Counted from the first letter of the stretch, positions 17,333-26,537 are shown. The stretch: 64,000 nt of DNA from Chloroflexota bacterium (GCA_009838735.1 VXQZ01000052.1:11332-75331), one strand, 5' to 3'. The notes: generated by a model from the sequence alone, not told the origin. Numbers and translations are program-made.

Positions 17333-18190
17333 TCAGCGCTGCCAGCGACGGTCGAGGAAGTCGATGACTGCCTGATTGAATCTGTCCGGCTGCTCGAGGT
17401 ATACAGAGTGACCGGCATCGGGAACGACCACGAACTCCGAGCCGTCCATGGCGCGGTGCGATGCTTCCATCGCCTGCCAGGGAACAATCCGATCGTGTTC
17501 GCCGACGATGTAGAGCATCGGCATGCCGAATTGTCTCAGCAGCGGCATGGATGATCCGCGCCAGGTGGCGAGTCCTGGTGTCGGCGCCAGGAATGTCGAA
17601 GGCCGTTTGGGGTTCCAGCCGTTCATCCGTCGATACAGCCAGGTGAGCTGCGGATCGTTCTGCTCGGTCGTCGGAGCCAGCGCGCGCTGTCTGAGCGTGA
17701 GGCCCTCCACGGTCCGGTAGTGGGCGGCCTGGATGTCGCGAACCTCGTCATTGACCGCGCCTGCCAGGGTGCCCGAGAGAATCAACGCCTCGATTCTGCC
17801 CGGAAAGATCAACGCGAACGGCGTCGCGGTTCTGCCGCCCATGGAATGGGCGACCATGGCGAACTGGTCGATGTCCAGGTGTTCCAGCAGCGCGTGCAGG
17901 TCGTGTGGGAACGCGCGCCTGCCCGGCCCGCCAGGAACGTCCCTGCTCAGACCGAAGGCTCGGTGATCGAATGTGATCGTGTAGTAGCGCTCGCGGAACT
18001 CGGGAACGTTGCGCCACCAGACGAGATGATTGCCTCCGGCGCCATGCGCAAGGATCAGCGGCGGCGCAGAGGGATCGCCATGCGCCTCGTAATAGAGGTC
18101 AATCTCGTTGCAGTGGAGATAGGGCACAATCAGAACTGGGAGATCAGGTGTTCGCCGATGACGCTGCCGCCTCGAGCACCAACTCGACAC
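17333..18190 (-). CDS. alpha/beta-fold hydrolase
   Basis: Nucleophile elbow 'VAHSMGG' and oxyanion-hole region 'LILAHGAGGN'. Starting at 18190 would overlap pncC by 47 nt. An alternative GTG at 18127 has no obvious SD, so the start is uncertain. Confidence 0.75.
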   Translation of the reverse strand: MSSWCSRRQRHRRTPDLPVLIVPYLHCNEIDLYYEAHGDPSAPPLILAHGAGGNHLVWWRNVPEFRERYYTITFDHRAFGLSRDVPGGPGRRAFPHDLHALLEHLDIDQFAMVAHSMGGRTATPFALIFPGRIEALILSGTLAGAVNDEVRDIQAAHYRTVEGLTLRQRALAPTTEQNDPQLTWLYRRMNGWNPKRPSTFLAPTPGLATWRGSSMPLLRQFGMPMLYIVGEHDRIVPWQAMEASHRAMDGSEFVVVPDAGHSVYLEQPDRFNQAVIDFLDRRWQR

Positions 18191-18635
18191 AGCGGACGGC
18201 AGTCAGACGCTTGTTCCCCTCACGGTCGGAGTTCCACACCTGTCGTTCCGCGTAGACTCGGTCGCCAGGCCCGACGCAGGCCATCCAGACGGTGCCGACT
18301 GGACGAGACTCAGAACCCCCGGTCGGGCCGGTGATGCCCGTCTCGGCAACACCGATATCGGCATTGAGCGTGTCGCGCACGCCTCGCGCCATCGCCACGG
18401 CCGCCTCCTCCGACACGGAGCCATGCTCGCGCAGCAGATCGCGCGATACGCCGATCAGGTCGATCTTCGGGTAGTTGTGATACGGCGACGCCCCGCCGAT
18501 CCAGACCCTGGAGCAGCCGGCGATGTCAGTGATCCAGTGACCAATCAGACCGCCCGTGTCGGTCTCAGCCGTCGCCAGGGTGAGGCTGCGTTCGGCCAAG
18601 GTGTCAATCAGTTGCTGGGCGATGGCCTCGGCCAT
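18144..18635 (-). CDS. pncC: CinA-family nicotinamide-nucleotide amidohydrolase
   Basis: 163 aa, 'LTLATAETDTGGLIGHWITDIAGCS', typical of the CinA C-terminal domain. Confidence 0.8.
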   Translation of the reverse strand: MAEAIAQQLIDTLAERSLTLATAETDTGGLIGHWITDIAGCSRVWIGGASPYHNYPKIDLIGVSRDLLREHGSVSEEAAVAMARGVRDTLNADIGVAETGITGPTGGSESRPVGTVWMACVGPGDRVYAERQVWNSDREGNKRLTAVRCVELVLEAAASSANT

Positions 18636-18650
18636 GGATGAGGCTCTTGC

Positions 18651-18971
18651 CTAGTCCTCGTTGCCCGTGGATCGGTCCCAGGCAAACATCAGAATCAGGA
18701 TGAACGTCACCAGCACGATGAACGGCGCCAGAAGAATGGAGAACTCGTACCACTCCTCGCGGTCGAAGTTGTTGACGCCGGTGCCGCCTTCGTCCGGCGC
18801 GGCCTGTTGCGGCATGGAGAGTTCCGATTGTGTCTGCTCTGCATCAGCGGCGAGCAGGTCGCCGCTATCGTTGAACAGCGGCTGTATCGCAGAGATTGCG
18901 ACCAGGGCCAGCGCAGCGGCGAGTGAGAGACGCGCCATCGGCTTGATGATTGCTCTCAGAACCTCTCGCAT
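18651..18971 (-). CDS. hypothetical membrane protein
   Basis: N-terminal signal or TM segment 'LSLAAALALVAISAI' and C-terminal TM segment 'ILLAPFIVLVTFILILMFAW'. No family recognised. Confidence 0.45.
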   Translation of the reverse strand: MREVLRAIIKPMARLSLAAALALVAISAIQPLFNDSGDLLAADAEQTQSELSMPQQAAPDEGGTGVNNFDREEWYEFSILLAPFIVLVTFILILMFAWDRSTGNED

Positions 18972-19018
18972 GGCCGTCCCCTCCGTTGTCTCGCTCTCAG
19001 CGGCTGTGACTATGTAGG

Positions 19019-20329
19019 TTATTCCAGCGCGCCCTCACGCGCGAGGGCGTCGATCCGATCCCGGTCGTAACCCAGCATCCGCCCGAGCACGTAGTCGGTG
19101 TCCTCGCCCAGGCGGGGCGCAGGCGACACGATCTCGGCGGGAGTTTCCGAGAGTTTCCAGGGCGGCGGCAACACCTGGCGCAAGCGCGTTTCCGGCGGTC
19201 TCACGCTGACTGCTCCGCCGCGCTGCCGGAAGTTCTCGGAGTGGTGGATGTCGCTGCCCCAGACCGATGCCGCGGCCGGCACTCCGGCGGCGCGAAGCGC
19301 CTCCGCGGTCTCGACCGCCGACTGTTCGGATGTCCACGCTTCAATCATGGGCTTTAGCTCGGCGCGGTGTTTCCAACGCTTGAGCCCGGTCTGAAAACGC
19401 GGGTCTTCACGGAGATGGTCGAGACCGCTGTGTTCGCAAAGAGAGTTCCAGTCTTCGTCCGAACGGCAGGCGATCGCGATCCAGCCGCTCCTCGCGCCCT
19501 TGTGGCCGTCGGTGTAGGCCTCCGGCGCGCGCATCGAGGCGCAGCGGAACACATCGTGCGGTGCATACGCCCGGTGACCATTGCCGATGCGGTCGCCATC
19601 GCGGCCAAGCAGGTCAACGTGCAGGAACTCTTCCGCGATGTGCATACCGATCGCCTCGGAGGACGACGCATCGATGAACTGTCCTCGCCCTGTCCTGGCG
19701 TGGTAGTGGAATCCGGCGAGCATCGCCATGGCGGCGGTAGTGCCGGCGCGCAGATCAATCGAGCCGCCCATCATCACGGGCGGCTCCTGTGGCTCGCCCG
19801 AGAGATAGGAGAGCCCGCTGAGCGCGGCAAAGGTGGGGGCATAGCCGGTGTAGTTGCGCTCCGGGCCGGTCGCGCCCAGAGCAGAAGCGGAGACCATCAC
19901 AATCTCCGGATTGACTTCGCGCAAATCGTCATAGCCGAGCCCGAGCTTCTCGAGAATGCCAGGCCTGAAGTTGTCGATCGCGCCGTCGGCGGTGCGGGCG
20001 AGATCGCGGATGACCTGCTTCGCGCCTTCCGTTTTCAGATTGAGTTGGATCGAGTACTTGTTGAGGTTGACCTCATTGAACATTGGCGCCTGGTTGACGC
20101 CGCCCGTGAACGAACCCATCGCCAGCGATCGCTGACGCGAGTGATCGATCCGGGTCGCCGACTCAATTTTGATTAGTTCCGCCCCGAGCAATGCCAACTG
20201 CATCGCCCCGTACGGTCCAGCCCAGGCCCAGGTGAAGTCGATGATCCGCTTGCCCGAAAGCGGCCCCGGTCGATTGGCCGCTTGCAGCAGTCCGTGGTGT
20301 CCGTTGCTGCCGTTCGTTGTGGTGGTCAT
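19019..20329 (-). CDS. class III CoA-transferase (CaiB/BaiF family)
   Basis: 'LSGKRIIDFTWAWAGPYGAMQLALLGAELIKIES'. Its ATG shares base 20329 with the upstream gene's TGA (TGATG). Confidence 0.85.
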   Translation of the reverse strand: MTTTTNGSNGHHGLLQAANRPGPLSGKRIIDFTWAWAGPYGAMQLALLGAELIKIESATRIDHSRQRSLAMGSFTGGVNQAPMFNEVNLNKYSIQLNLKTEGAKQVIRDLARTADGAIDNFRPGILEKLGLGYDDLREVNPEIVMVSASALGATGPERNYTGYAPTFAALSGLSYLSGEPQEPPVMMGGSIDLRAGTTAAMAMLAGFHYHARTGRGQFIDASSSEAIGMHIAEEFLHVDLLGRDGDRIGNGHRAYAPHDVFRCASMRAPEAYTDGHKGARSGWIAIACRSDEDWNSLCEHSGLDHLREDPRFQTGLKRWKHRAELKPMIEAWTSEQSAVETAEALRAAGVPAAASVWGSDIHHSENFRQRGGAVSVRPPETRLRQVLPPPWKLSETPAEIVSPAPRLGEDTDYVLGRMLGYDRDRIDALAREGALE

Positions 20330-21573
20330 CAGATGACTCCGGCTCGTCGGGCCTGGGCAGGGCTCCAGGGCGAGAGATACTGGGTGGTGACTTCAGCTGT
20401 CGAAGAGCCGAGCAGCGGCGCAGCAGTTCTCGCGGCGCGCTGCACGCCGTTCCAGCGTGCGGCAAACTGCGGATAGCGAGCGCTGTCGGCAACCGGATGT
20501 TCGAGGCGGTCAAAGAACTCGCGCACCTGCATCTGCTCCGAGTTCATCACTTCCGACGGTCGCAAGACGGGCCCCGCCGGCGCACTGTTTTCCTGCAGCG
20601 CGCGAAACACTTCATCGCGAGTGCGAGCGCCGGCCCACTGTTCAATCGCATCCCCCGCTTCCTCGCCCAGTTGGAGCCGATCAATCAGGCTGCCGTCCGC
20701 ATCGAATGCCCACTCCGGATCGCCCATCGACTTGATCAGCCCTGCCCATTGGTGGGATTGCGGTGTCACCGCGATCAGGTGGCCATCCGCGCACTCCAGC
20801 CGGCCGCCGAACGCGCTGCCGCCCTTGGTCGGCGGCCGCGCCGGAGGGCCTCCGTCGTTGTGTGCGATCGAGATGTCAACCCGGTCCATGTTCATCATTG
20901 CTTCGGTCGAAGCGACATCGACGATCTGGCCATGACCGAAACGCTCACGGGCGATCAGCGCCGACCACACGGCCAGCGCCAGTGCCATCCCGCCGTCCGC
21001 CTCGTGGACTTTGGCTCCGGCCATCAACGGAGCTCCTGTGTCGGCGCCCAGGTTGCGCCGGACCCCCGCCGCCGAGCCGGACGCGTGCGCCCGGGTCAGC
21101 GCCGTCGACGGCCACTCGGCCGCGCCGCCGACCAGGCCGAACGGCGTCACGGCTGCGATGATCAGTTGCGGATACCGGTCCCGCAATTCATCGGGGTTGA
21201 GATCGAGTTCGACCAAGTCAGCCGGCGTGCGATCGGTGACAAAGACATCAGCACTGCCAACCAGCTGCTGCAGCAACCGCCGTCCCGAGCCTGTGTCCAG
21301 GTCGAGGATCACGCTGCGCTTGGACGTGTTGTACGCCAACCACGAAGTGGACGTCTCCCGGTGTGGAGCAGGCTCGGCGAACGGAGCCATTCGTCGCGAG
21401 ACGTCCCCGTGAGGGGGCTCAATCTTGATCGTCTTCGCTCCCGCATCTGCGAGCAGCCTCGAGGCAAACGGACCGGCGATCTCTTCAGCCAACTCGACCA
21501 CGAGCAGGCCATCCAGCAGCGGCGGCCCGAGTTCTTCGTCGGCGTCGAGGGGTTCTGCAGAGCGCGTGGACAT
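20329..21573 (-). CDS. class III CoA-transferase (CaiB/BaiF family)
   Basis: 'LDGLLVVELAEEIAGPFASRLLADAGAKTIKIEPPHGD'. It is the first gene of a coupled pair. Confidence 0.85.
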   Translation of the reverse strand: MSTRSAEPLDADEELGPPLLDGLLVVELAEEIAGPFASRLLADAGAKTIKIEPPHGDVSRRMAPFAEPAPHRETSTSWLAYNTSKRSVILDLDTGSGRRLLQQLVGSADVFVTDRTPADLVELDLNPDELRDRYPQLIIAAVTPFGLVGGAAEWPSTALTRAHASGSAAGVRRNLGADTGAPLMAGAKVHEADGGMALALAVWSALIARERFGHGQIVDVASTEAMMNMDRVDISIAHNDGGPPARPPTKGGSAFGGRLECADGHLIAVTPQSHQWAGLIKSMGDPEWAFDADGSLIDRLQLGEEAGDAIEQWAGARTRDEVFRALQENSAPAGPVLRPSEVMNSEQMQVREFFDRLEHPVADSARYPQFAARWNGVQRAARTAAPLLGSSTAEVTTQYLSPWSPAQARRAGVI

Positions 21574-21580
21574 TCACCGA

Positions 21581-21615
21581 CAGTCTAGAACGCAGTGCGA
21601 CCTGCTCATAGACTG
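21581..21615. promoter_or_regulatory. inverted repeat CAGTCTA-N21-TAGACTG in the 48-bp divergent intergenic region
   Basis: Perfect 7-bp arms at 21581-21587 and 21609-21615, between the start codons at 21573 (-) and 21622 (+). Confidence 0.25.
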
Positions 21616-21621
21616 CCTGCG

Positions 21622-22836
21622 ATGAGCGAGCACGAACAGGACCCGCCGGACATCGCACTCCCGTACGAAGGCGTGCGGGTGCTGGAACTGGCCGAGGGGA
21701 TCTCCGGACCCTATGCCGGCCGCTGGCTGGCCGCCCTGGGCGCCGACGTGATCAAGATCGAACGAACCACGGGCGATCCTTCCAGAGCGTTCGGTCCCTG
21801 GCCCGACGATCTTCCGGACGACGAAACCAGCGGACTCTTTCTCTATCTCAACGGCGACAAGCGCTCCATCACCCTGAATCTGGAAACCTCCGACGGTCGC
21901 GAGATCCTGCGCGAGCTTGCCGCCTCGGCCGAGATCGTGATCGAATCGTTCGAACCGGGCTACCTGGCCGAGCGCGGGCTCGGCTACGACGAGCTGTCGA
22001 ACGACCACCCGGCGCTCGTGATGCTCTCGATCACTCCGTTCGGCCAGAGCGGCCCAAACGCGAACCTGCCGGCGACCGAACTGACGCTCTATGCCTCGTG
22101 CGGGCAAATGTGGATCACCGGACATCCCGACCGTTCGCCGCTCAAGAACGGTGGCTCTCAGCCGTCGTATCAAGCCGGGCTGAATGCGTTCTCGGCGCTC
22201 GCAGGTGCGTACTACGGGGCCGTCATGCACGATCAGGGCTCCTACATCGACCTGTCGGTGCAGGAAACCTACGCCGCCATGGCCGAGGCGTTCCACAACC
22301 GTGCAGCTCAGTTGGGCATCGAAACTCAACGGTCAGGCAACAATCTGAACGCGCTGTGGGGCGTCTACGAGTTGTCCGACGGCTACGGCGGGATCTGCGC
22401 GCTGCCGCGCAACTATCCGGCCTTCGCAAACGCAGTGGGGCTGCCGGAACTGCAGGAAGAGCGTTTCTCTGACCCCGGACAGCGTCTGATCAACAACGAT
22501 GAGCTGATGGCGCTCATGTTCGGCTGGTTCATCGGTCAGACACGACAAGGGCTGATGGAGCTGGGTATCGAACATCGCGTGCCGTTCGGATACGTGGCCA
22601 CCTTCGAGGATCTGGCCAACTCCGAGCACCTTCACAGTCGTGACTTCTTTGCCCAGCACGACGACGATCGCGCCGGCAGCCTGACATATCCGGGCCGGCT
22701 CTGGCTGAGCAGCGGGCACGACTGGAAGATGGGCCGCGCCCCGCTGTTGGGCGAGCACAACATGGAGATCATCCACGGCGAACTTGGCTACGAGCGCGAA
22801 GACCTGGTCCGGCTTCGGGAACTGGATGCAATCTGA
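21622..22836 (+). CDS. class III CoA-transferase (CaiB/BaiF family)
   Basis: ATG at 21622 ('MSEHEQD...'). Signature 'YEGVRVLELAEGISGPYAGRWLAALGADVIKIERTTGDP'. Confidence 0.85.
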   Translation: MSEHEQDPPDIALPYEGVRVLELAEGISGPYAGRWLAALGADVIKIERTTGDPSRAFGPWPDDLPDDETSGLFLYLNGDKRSITLNLETSDGREILRELAASAEIVIESFEPGYLAERGLGYDELSNDHPALVMLSITPFGQSGPNANLPATELTLYASCGQMWITGHPDRSPLKNGGSQPSYQAGLNAFSALAGAYYGAVMHDQGSYIDLSVQETYAAMAEAFHNRAAQLGIETQRSGNNLNALWGVYELSDGYGGICALPRNYPAFANAVGLPELQEERFSDPGQRLINNDELMALMFGWFIGQTRQGLMELGIEHRVPFGYVATFEDLANSEHLHSRDFFAQHDDDRAGSLTYPGRLWLSSGHDWKMGRAPLLGEHNMEIIHGELGYEREDLVRLRELDAI

Positions 22837-24122
22837 TGTTTGATCCCGGCCGTCCGCTGAGCGGCGTCCGCGTCGCCGACCTGACCATGATCTGGGCGGG
22901 CCCATACGCCGCGAAAATCCTGGCTGACCAGGGCGCCGAAGTAATCAAGATCGAGTCGCCACGCGCCTGGGACAACATCCGCACCCTCCTCCCTCCGCCA
23001 GTCGCGCCGGGCGAGCATTGGTGGAACACCAACTTCTACCTGCACGAGTACAGCCGCAACAAGAAGTCTCTGACGCTCGATCTGGCCTCTGATGAGGGCA
23101 AGACGGTCTTCGCCAGGTTGCTCGAACACTGCGACGTGGTCATCGAGAACTACCGCACCGACGTGATGGACAACCTGGGCTTGACCTACGAGTGGCTCAA
23201 GGAGCAGAAGGAAGACATCATCGTCGTCGGCATGGCTGGATTCGGCAAGACCGGTCCGGAGAAGGACGCCGTCGGCTACGGACCGATCATCGAGATGATG
23301 AGCGGAATGACGTCGACTTCGGGCTACGGCGACGACGGGGTGCCCTACAAGAGCGGCATCTCTTACGGCGACCCGATCGCCGGCATCTGCGCCTCGGCCG
23401 CCGTCGCGACGGCCTTGGTCCAGCGCAAGCGGACAGGCAAGGGACAGTACATCGACCTGGCTCAACGAGAGGTGATGTCGACGCTGCTCGGCGAGTTCTA
23501 CATGGACTGGTCGATGAACCAGCGTCTGCCCGAACACATGGGAACCGGACACGACTGGATGGCGCCACACAACGTCTATCCCTGCGCCGGCGACGATGAC
23601 TGGATTGCGATTTGCGTGCGGACCGACGCTGAGTGGGAAGGTCTGAAGCGCGCGATGGGATCGCCCGACTGGGCAGAGCGGACGGAGTTCTCCGACCAGA
23701 TTCTGCGCTGGGAACATCGCTCCCAGCTCGACGAACTGGTCGGCGGCTGGACCGCCGCAAGCTCGAAGATCGATCTCTTCGCCGCGCTCCACGTCGAGCA
23801 GATACCGTCGTCGCCGGTCTGGAAGATGCTCGAACTCCAGCGCGAACCACACCTCAAGGCGCGCGGCTTCTACGAGCCGCTGCGTCATCCCGAGGTGGGC
23901 ATCTGGTCGGTCCACGGCTGGCTCTGGCGAGCCGACGGCGCCGGTCCCTGCATTGTTGCCCCGGCGCCCGACTTCGGCCAGCACAACGCCGAGATTCTTG
24001 GCGGCCTGTTGGAGATGTCCGAAGACGACCAGTCGGCGCTGGAAGCGGCCGGCGTCACCGCGACGCGGCCCGAAGGCGTGCCGCTCGCCTCAGAGATGCC
24101 GCCTACGCCTTCGATGCTCTGA
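22836..24122 (+). CDS. class III CoA-transferase (CaiB/BaiF family)
   Basis: 'LSGVRVADLTMIWAGPYAAKILADQGAEVIKIESP'. Its ATG shares base 22836 with the upstream TGA (TGATG). Confidence 0.85.
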   Translation: MFDPGRPLSGVRVADLTMIWAGPYAAKILADQGAEVIKIESPRAWDNIRTLLPPPVAPGEHWWNTNFYLHEYSRNKKSLTLDLASDEGKTVFARLLEHCDVVIENYRTDVMDNLGLTYEWLKEQKEDIIVVGMAGFGKTGPEKDAVGYGPIIEMMSGMTSTSGYGDDGVPYKSGISYGDPIAGICASAAVATALVQRKRTGKGQYIDLAQREVMSTLLGEFYMDWSMNQRLPEHMGTGHDWMAPHNVYPCAGDDDWIAICVRTDAEWEGLKRAMGSPDWAERTEFSDQILRWEHRSQLDELVGGWTAASSKIDLFAALHVEQIPSSPVWKMLELQREPHLKARGFYEPLRHPEVGIWSVHGWLWRADGAGPCIVAPAPDFGQHNAEILGGLLEMSEDDQSALEAAGVTATRPEGVPLASEMPPTPSML

Positions 24123-24585
24123 CGATCTCCGCACTGAGCAACGCTTGGCGAAATCGCTCCACGTGCTCGTCCACGGTCTCGCCGACCGCCTGAGTCCAGC
24201 CCTCGGACTGCTCGAATCGCTTGCTGATCTCGACGATGTCGTCATGCCAATGCCACGATTTGTCGATCGGCGCGGGCAGTCCCATGCGCAACGGACGCTC
24301 GTCGTCCGGCAGCCAGAAGTAGGCATACCAGCCGTGCCGCCGGATGATGCCCGCCTGCATCAGCAGCGCATAGGTCGTTCGCTCGTCGGGCGAGGGATAC
24401 TCGTCGTCCGGAGCGCAACGGATCAGGAAGTTGAAGATCGAGAACTGCCCCGAGCGCTCCCCGGTTCGCAACTGGCCGATTGAGCAGAGCCCATCGGCAA
24501 TCGCCAGCAACCGCGCCGCCTGTTCGTGCGGCAGCCGCGCTTCCTCCAGCGTGGTTGGTAGTTCGCTACTGGCTGTGGAAGGCAT
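24103..24585 (-). CDS. hypothetical protein (Trp/His-rich, no recognised domain)
   Basis: 160-aa ORF with coding-like composition. Its start overlaps the upstream crotonase gene's 3' end by 20 nt, and its 3' end overlaps the convergent CoA-transferase gene by 20 nt. Confidence 0.5.
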   Translation of the reverse strand: MPSTASSELPTTLEEARLPHEQAARLLAIADGLCSIGQLRTGERSGQFSIFNFLIRCAPDDEYPSPDERTTYALLMQAGIIRRHGWYAYFWLPDDERPLRMGLPAPIDKSWHWHDDIVEISKRFEQSEGWTQAVGETVDEHVERFRQALLSAEIVRASKA

Positions 24586-25369
24586 CGAGTGTGGCCCGCA
24601 GTCCGCGCTCTTTCAGCGATCGATTCATCTCCAACACCGGCGTGGTGAAGTGGGCGATTGCATCGATTTCGACTCCGCCCATCAGAGCCTCGCGGAATCC
24701 GCGGACCTCCTGGGTGCGGTTGATCGCCTTCTTCTGCAGGACCAGGATCTCCTTGGGCGTCTTGGCGACCGACTTGACATAATCGTCGACAAACCTGTCC
24801 AGCTCGTCCGGCGGCAACGCGCGATTGAACAGACCGATCTCGGCAGCCTCCTTGCCGGAGATCATGCTGCCTACGGGAAAAAAGAACTCCTTGGCCCGCT
24901 TCGCGCCGACCTGCCAGGCCCAGAACGAGGCCACGAATCCGGCCCCCAGCGGCAACTGCGGAGCGCCCACCCGTGCGTCCTCTGCCGCGAACGTGACGTC
25001 GCAGATCATCGCGAGTTGCGTCCCCCCGGCGAGACAGTGTCCATGCACCTTCGCTATCACCGGTAGTCGAAGATCCCAGATCCGCAGCCAGTTGCGGTTC
25101 AACTCCTCCAGCCCATCGCGGTCTCGCGAGATCGCGGACGACTGTTCCGCGGCAACGCCTGAACCTCCGCTCAGGTCATATCCCGCGCTAAACGCACGCC
25201 CGGCGCCGGAAACCAGCGCGACATGGACTGAATCGTCCCGCTCTGCTTCCTCGAGCGCTTCGACCAGCTCGCGCTGAAGTTGCCGCGAAATCGCGTTGAG
25301 TTTCTCGGGTCGGTTCAGGGTGATCCGCGCGACTCGGCCGACGTGGTCGATAGCAATGGTCTCGGGCAT
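24566..25369 (-). CDS. enoyl-CoA hydratase/isomerase (crotonase family)
   Basis: ATG at 25369 ('MPETIAIDHVGRVARITLNRPEKLNA'). Oxyanion-hole block 'ALVSGAGRAFSAGYDL'. Confidence 0.85.
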   Translation of the reverse strand: MPETIAIDHVGRVARITLNRPEKLNAISRQLQRELVEALEEAERDDSVHVALVSGAGRAFSAGYDLSGGSGVAAEQSSAISRDRDGLEELNRNWLRIWDLRLPVIAKVHGHCLAGGTQLAMICDVTFAAEDARVGAPQLPLGAGFVASFWAWQVGAKRAKEFFFPVGSMISGKEAAEIGLFNRALPPDELDRFVDDYVKSVAKTPKEILVLQKKAINRTQEVRGFREALMGGVEIDAIAHFTTPVLEMNRSLKERGLRATLDAFHSQ

Positions 25370-25483
25370 GTCGGCGTCTCCGGCTGCGGACTCGACTTCT
25401 GTGGACAGGTTATTCGCTTGCCTGTAGAGGCACATCTGTTCTATCGTTCAATAGGAACGTATGTACAAGGAACGGATTGTTTC

Positions 25484-25681
25484 ATGATCGCTGTGACCGT
25501 CTTGATCCTGGCTGCCTCGATCTGGTTGCTCTGGGAATGGAGGACCGGGGCGCTGTCACCCGACGCACCACGCTCCGGACGCAGACACCCGGCAGCCGCT
25601 GCTAGTGTGCGTTCGCTGCCGACCTCAGCGGCCTTGAATGCCGATGCGGTCGTCGTCGCGAGGATGGACCCGAGACCCTAA
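25484..25681 (+). CDS. possible small membrane protein
   Basis: 65-aa segment of ORF 25280..25681 starting at the ATG at 25484, with one TM helix 'MIAVTVLILAASIWLLW'. The ribosome-binding site is weak, so support is weak. Confidence 0.25.
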   Translation: MIAVTVLILAASIWLLWEWRTGALSPDAPRSGRRHPAAAASVRSLPTSAALNADAVVVARMDPRP

Positions 25682-25755
25682 GGCTTGATCTCAAGCAGTC
25701 CTGCCAGCACATTGCGGTGAACGGTGTTGCGCCTAGACTGCTCTGGGAGCTTGTG

Positions 25756-26481
25756 ATGACAACCAGACGAACATCGGCGACTGACCGCGGCGGGGAAGCG
25801 TTGGACCTATTGCTCAACGTCGTGCTGTTCCGCGGCATGCCGCGACCCATGTTGCTGGAGTTGGCCTCGAAACTGCGACCGATTCGGTATCGCGCTCACA
25901 CCGACATCTTCCATGAAGGGGATGAAGGCGCCACGCTCTACATCATCCTCAAAGGCGCCGTGAAGATCTTCATTCCGTCGTTAGACGGGCGCGAGGTGGT
26001 GCTGGCGGTGCATCGCAAGTATGACCTGCTGGGGGAGATGTCGTTACTCGACGATCATCCGCGGTCGGCCTCGGCCACAACGATCGAAGACACCGAGGCA
26101 GTCAGCCTCAGTCGGCACGACTTCCTCTCGGTACTCGATCGCCACCCCGAAGCCCAACGCGCCATCATCGATGTGCTCGTCGCTCGGTTGCGCGCCACGA
26201 ACCAGTCAATCCAGGACGCCTACCTGCTCGACGTCCCGGGCCGACTCGCCCGACGACTGCTCGCGATCGCCGAGGAACATGGCGAGAAGACGGATGACGG
26301 CGTCGACATCGGGCTGCGCGTCTCGCAACAGGAACTGGCCAACATGATCGGCGCCTCGCGCGTCGCCGTGAACAAGCAGTTGCAGCAGTGGCGCAAGCAG
26401 GACATCGTCGACGTCAACCGCCAGCGGGTGACCATCCTCAATACGACAGCGCTTGAGCGAGAGTACGCCCTGTCGCAATAG
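25756..26481 (+). CDS. Crp/Fnr-family transcriptional regulator
   Basis: cNMP-binding-like 'GEMSLLDDHPRSASATT' and C-terminal HTH 'SQQELANMIGASRVAVNKQLQ'. ATG at 25756. Confidence 0.85.
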   Translation: MTTRRTSATDRGGEALDLLLNVVLFRGMPRPMLLELASKLRPIRYRAHTDIFHEGDEGATLYIILKGAVKIFIPSLDGREVVLAVHRKYDLLGEMSLLDDHPRSASATTIEDTEAVSLSRHDFLSVLDRHPEAQRAIIDVLVARLRATNQSIQDAYLLDVPGRLARRLLAIAEEHGEKTDDGVDIGLRVSQQELANMIGASRVAVNKQLQQWRKQDIVDVNRQRVTILNTTALEREYALSQ

Positions 26482-26537
26482 TCCGTTGTTCCATCCCGCG
26501 TACCTGCAAGCAATTGTCCGAGTGTGAAGGGTGACCG

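Noticed and set aside
20317-21588. 423-aa plus-strand ORF opposite the CoA-transferase gene 20329..21573
   Set aside because: It is an antisense shadow ORF. It is Arg/Pro-rich with no recognisable domain, whereas the minus-strand frame has clear CaiB/BaiF signatures.
22788-23984. 398-aa minus-strand ORF opposite CoA-transferase 22836..24122
   Set aside because: Antisense shadow ORF with no motifs.
25430-25480. Imperfect inverted repeat GTTCTAT..ATAGGAAC upstream of crp as an operator
   Set aside because: The arms need a bulge and match no known consensus (neither FNR TTGAT-N4-ATCAA nor CRP). Support is too weak to report as a feature.
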